From an uncultured Hyphomicrobiaceae bacterium (GTDB lineage Bacteria; Pseudomonadota; Alphaproteobacteria; Rhizobiales; Hyphomicrobiaceae), in assembly GCA_964559355.1 (NCBI GenBank), contig CAZLHQ010000001.1, positions 52,553-116,552 on the forward strand: a stretch of 64,000 nt of DNA, written 5' to 3'. Below, piece after piece: positions 61,596-64,000 of this stretch. The position numbers and the translations under genes were made by a program. The notes beneath the pieces were generated by a model, which did not search any database, was not told the origin of the DNA, and worked only from the letters and a program-made list of their open reading frames with translations. The stretch's first letter is position 1, and every line of letters begins with the position of its first letter.

Positions 61596-64000
61596 ATGCG
61601 ATGTGACGAGCCTCTGCCGATCGATGCCGTGCTCGGCACGCTTGATGCCGCGCTTGCCACCGGTCGCAACGCCGTTCTGATTGCGCCGCCCGGTGCCGGC
61701 AAGACGACTCGTGTGCCGCTGGCCCTGCTTTCGGCGCCATGGCGGGGCGATGGCAAGCTCCTCGTGCTCGAGCCGCGCCGCCTTGCAGCGCGCAACGCCG
61801 CCGAGCGGATGGCGGCGACATTGGGTGAGCGTGTTGGCGCCCGTGTCGGTCTGCGGGCGCGGCTCGCCTCCAAGGTCAGTCGCGACACCCGCATTGAGGT
61901 TATCACAGAGGGCGTTTTTACGCGCATGATCCTCGATGATCCCGAGTTGCAGGGTGTCGCCGGTGTTCTGTTCGACGAATTCCACGAGCGCTCGCTGGAT
62001 GCCGATTTCAGTTTGGCGTTGGCGCTCGATTGCCAGCGTGGCCTGCGTCCGGAGCTGCGCCTTCTCGTCATGTCGGCGACGCTCGAAGGCGCGAGCGTGG
62101 CGGCATTGCTCGGCAATGCTCCGGTGATCGAGACGCACGGACGCTCGTTTGCGGTCGAGACACGCTACGTCGGTCGAGACACGGCGCGCCGCATCGAGGA
62201 CGAGATGGCCGAGTGTATCGTGCGGGCGATGGCTGCCGAGCCTGGGTCGGTGCTGGCTTTTCTGCCGGGACAGGGTGAAATCCGCCGACTTGCCGAGCGG
62301 CTCGAGGAGAGGATCGCAAGCCCGCAGGTCATCATCGCCCCCCTTTATGGCGCCATGGACGCCGCCGCGCAGGATCGCGCCATTGCACCGCCGCCTGCCG
62401 GCACCCGCAAGGTGGTTCTGGCGACATCGATTGCGGAAACTTCGCTGACCATCGACGGCGTGCGTATCGTCATCGATAGCGGCTTGGCGCGTGTTCCGCG
62501 TTTCGAGCCCGACATCGGTGTGACACGGCTGGAGACTGTGCGGGTTTCGCGAGCCGGTGCCGATCAACGCCGCGGCCGTGCGGGGCGCACCGAAGCCGGT
62601 GTGTGCTATCGCATGTGGGACGAGCCGCAAACACAGGCTCTGCAGCCCTTCGCCGAGCCCGAGATCAAGTCCGCCGATCTTGCCGGGCTGATGCTTGATT
62701 GCGCCGAGTGGGGTGCGACCAACCCGGCGGCATTGTCCTGGCTCGATCCCCCGCCCAGGGCAGCGCTGTCAGTGGCGACCGAGGAACTGCAGGCGCTGGC
62801 TGCCATCGATGAGGGCAATCGCATCACCGCCCACGGCAGGTTGCTGCGGTCCTTGCCGTTGCCGCCACGGCTGGCGGCGATGATGGTGGCCGCCGCAGCA
62901 AGGGGCGAGGCTGCACTTGCCGGCGAAATCGCCGCCGTGTTGGTCGAGCGCGGCATTGGCGGCAGCGATACCGACATCGAGCGCCGCATCGAGGCGTTCC
63001 GCCGTGACCGCTCGCGCCGCAGCACGGATATGCGGCGTCTGGTGCAAAATTGGACGCAACTCGTCACGACGGCGGGCAAGAACTCGGACGCCGCCGATGC
63101 GATCGATTCGCCGGTGTCGCCATTGATTTCGTGTCTTGCCGCTGCTTATCCCGAACGCATCGCCAAGGCGCGCGGCCTGCCCGGTCAGTTCCTGCTCGCC
63201 AACGGCCGCGCTGCTGCCATCGAGGCAACCGACGCCTTGGCGCGCTCGCCTTTCCTGGTAGTCGCCGAAATGCAGGGGAGTGCTGCGCGCACGCGCATCC
63301 TGCTGGCGGCCGCAGCCAGCGAGCGCGATATCCTGGCTGTCGCCAAACATCGCATCGTTGCGCGTGACGATTGCGTCTACGACAAGGCGTCGGGTGCGGT
63401 GCGTGCGCGCCGCTCAGTGCGTCTGGATGCAATTGTGCTGTCGTCGGAGCCGCGGGCCATCCGGTCGGACGAAGATGTTTCGGCAGCGCTGGCGCGTGGT
63501 GCGGCCGAGCACGGCATCGATCGGCTGCCATGGACGCGCCAGCAGATCCAGTTGCGCGATCGCATCGCATTCTTGCGCGCAGCCGAGGGGGATGAATGGC
63601 CCGACGTTTCAGATGCCGTGTTGGCAGCCTCAGCCGAGCGGTGGCTAGCGCCGTTCACAGGGCGCAAGACGAGGCTTTCGGAGATCACATCGGGCGATCT
63701 GGGACAGGCGCTCGATGCGCTGCTGACTTATGACCTGCGCAAGCGGCTCGACGTCGACGCTCCGACGCATTTCGAGGCGCCGACGGGAAATCGCCATCCC
63801 ATCGACTATGAGGGTGCGGGCGCGCCGCGCCTGGCTATCCGCGTGCAAGAGCTGTTTGGTTTGAAGGAACATCCATCAATCGCGGCCGGTCGGTTGCCGT
63901 TGACGCTGGAGCTGTTGTCGCCCGCGCACCGGCCAATTCAGGTGACGCGCGACTTGCCCGGATTCTGGCATGGGTCCTGGGCCGATGTGCGCGCCGATAT
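61596..64000 (+). CDS. hrpB: ATP-dependent RNA helicase HrpB (DEAH-box), with the 3' end outside the window
   Basis: Hand translation from ATG 61596 stays open to nt 64000. Motifs seen are LIAPPGAGKTTRVP, LFDEFHERS, MSATL, LATSIAETSLTIDGV, QRRGRAGR and the C-terminal HrpB-type ...ELLSPAHRPIQVTRDLPGFW. It is not in the ORF track because no stop lies in the window. Confidence 0.92.
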   Translation, partial: MRCDEPLPIDAVLGTLDAALATGRNAVLIAPPGAGKTTRVPLALLSAPWRGDGKLLVLEPRRLAARNAAERMAATLGERVGARVGLRARLASKVSRDTRIEVITEGVFTRMILDDPELQGVAGVLFDEFHERSLDADFSLALALDCQRGLRPELRLLVMSATLEGASVAALLGNAPVIETHGRSFAVETRYVGRDTARRIEDEMAECIVRAMAAEPGSVLAFLPGQGEIRRLAERLEERIASPQVIIAPLYGAMDAAAQDRAIAPPPAGTRKVVLATSIAETSLTIDGVRIVIDSGLARVPRFEPDIGVTRLETVRVSRAGADQRRGRAGRTEAGVCYRMWDEPQTQALQPFAEPEIKSADLAGLMLDCAEWGATNPAALSWLDPPPRAALSVATEELQALAAIDEGNRITAHGRLLRSLPLPPRLAAMMVAAAARGEAALAGEIAAVLVERGIGGSDTDIERRIEAFRRDRSRRSTDMRRLVQNWTQLVTTAGKNSDAADAIDSPVSPLISCLAAAYPERIAKARGLPGQFLLANGRAAAIEATDALARSPFLVVAEMQGSAARTRILLAAAASERDILAVAKHRIVARDDCVYDKASGAVRARRSVRLDAIVLSSEPRAIRSDEDVSAALARGAAEHGIDRLPWTRQQIQLRDRIAFLRAAEGDEWPDVSDAVLAASAERWLAPFTGRKTRLSEITSGDLGQALDALLTYDLRKRLDVDAPTHFEAPTGNRHPIDYEGAGAPRLAIRVQELFGLKEHPSIAAGRLPLTLELLSPAHRPIQVTRDLPGFWHGSWADVRAD

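Noticed and set aside
61350-62630. The upstream two thirds of the 611-aa minus-strand ORF 60795..62630
   Set aside because: It is antisense to a clearly real hrpB (DEAH motifs in the plus frame from 61596). The sequence is Arg/Ala/Gly-rich shadow-ORF type. Only the 3' portion, 60795-61349, has a recognisable family (HlyC-like).

Overview
High-GC, gene-dense chromosomal window that looks alphaproteobacterial (Rhizobiales/Bradyrhizobiaceae-like, judged from gene content). I saw no rRNA, CRISPR array, transposase or integrase. Positions 1-29.8 kb form a mosaic O-antigen-type polysaccharide locus. It holds a WbpM/PglF-type dehydratase, a small PglC-type initiating transferase, a WaaL-type ligase, rmlCBDA, manC, Wzm/Wzt and several glycosyltransferases. 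It also holds a SAM methyltransferase, three sulfotransferase-fold domains and its own PAPS module (APS kinase plus CysQ). The most interesting element is a minus-strand reading frame of about 1256 codons (23896->20123): sulfotransferase, then about 370 aa of coiled coil, then a GT4 domain. This matches the WbdD/WbbB 'terminator on a molecular ruler' architecture but with sulfation chemistry, and one in-frame TAG at 23606-23608 interrupts it. An orphan serralysin/RTX protease and an orphan tail-fibre-like gene sit next to the locus. The right half carries mostly conserved chromosomal genes. These are an Lhr-type helicase with PdeM, a TauE/TIGR02186 pair, a PodJ-like Sel1 protein, YjbQ, a DUF4212/SSF transporter with a CrbS/CrbR-like two-component pair, mscL and tRNA-Gly(CCC). 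Further right are a divergent sucCD-like pair, a CP-ATP-grasp/alpha-E/transglutaminase triad, an LgmA/LgmC/GtrA-like polyprenyl-phosphate aminosugar module with ugd, an orphan HlyC-family gene and hrpB. hrpB runs off the 3' edge and is absent from the ORF track. A 128-bp structured dispersed repeat is present in three copies, and a G-rich degenerate tandem array is also present. All domain calls come from by-eye motif recognition and all need HMM/BLAST confirmation.
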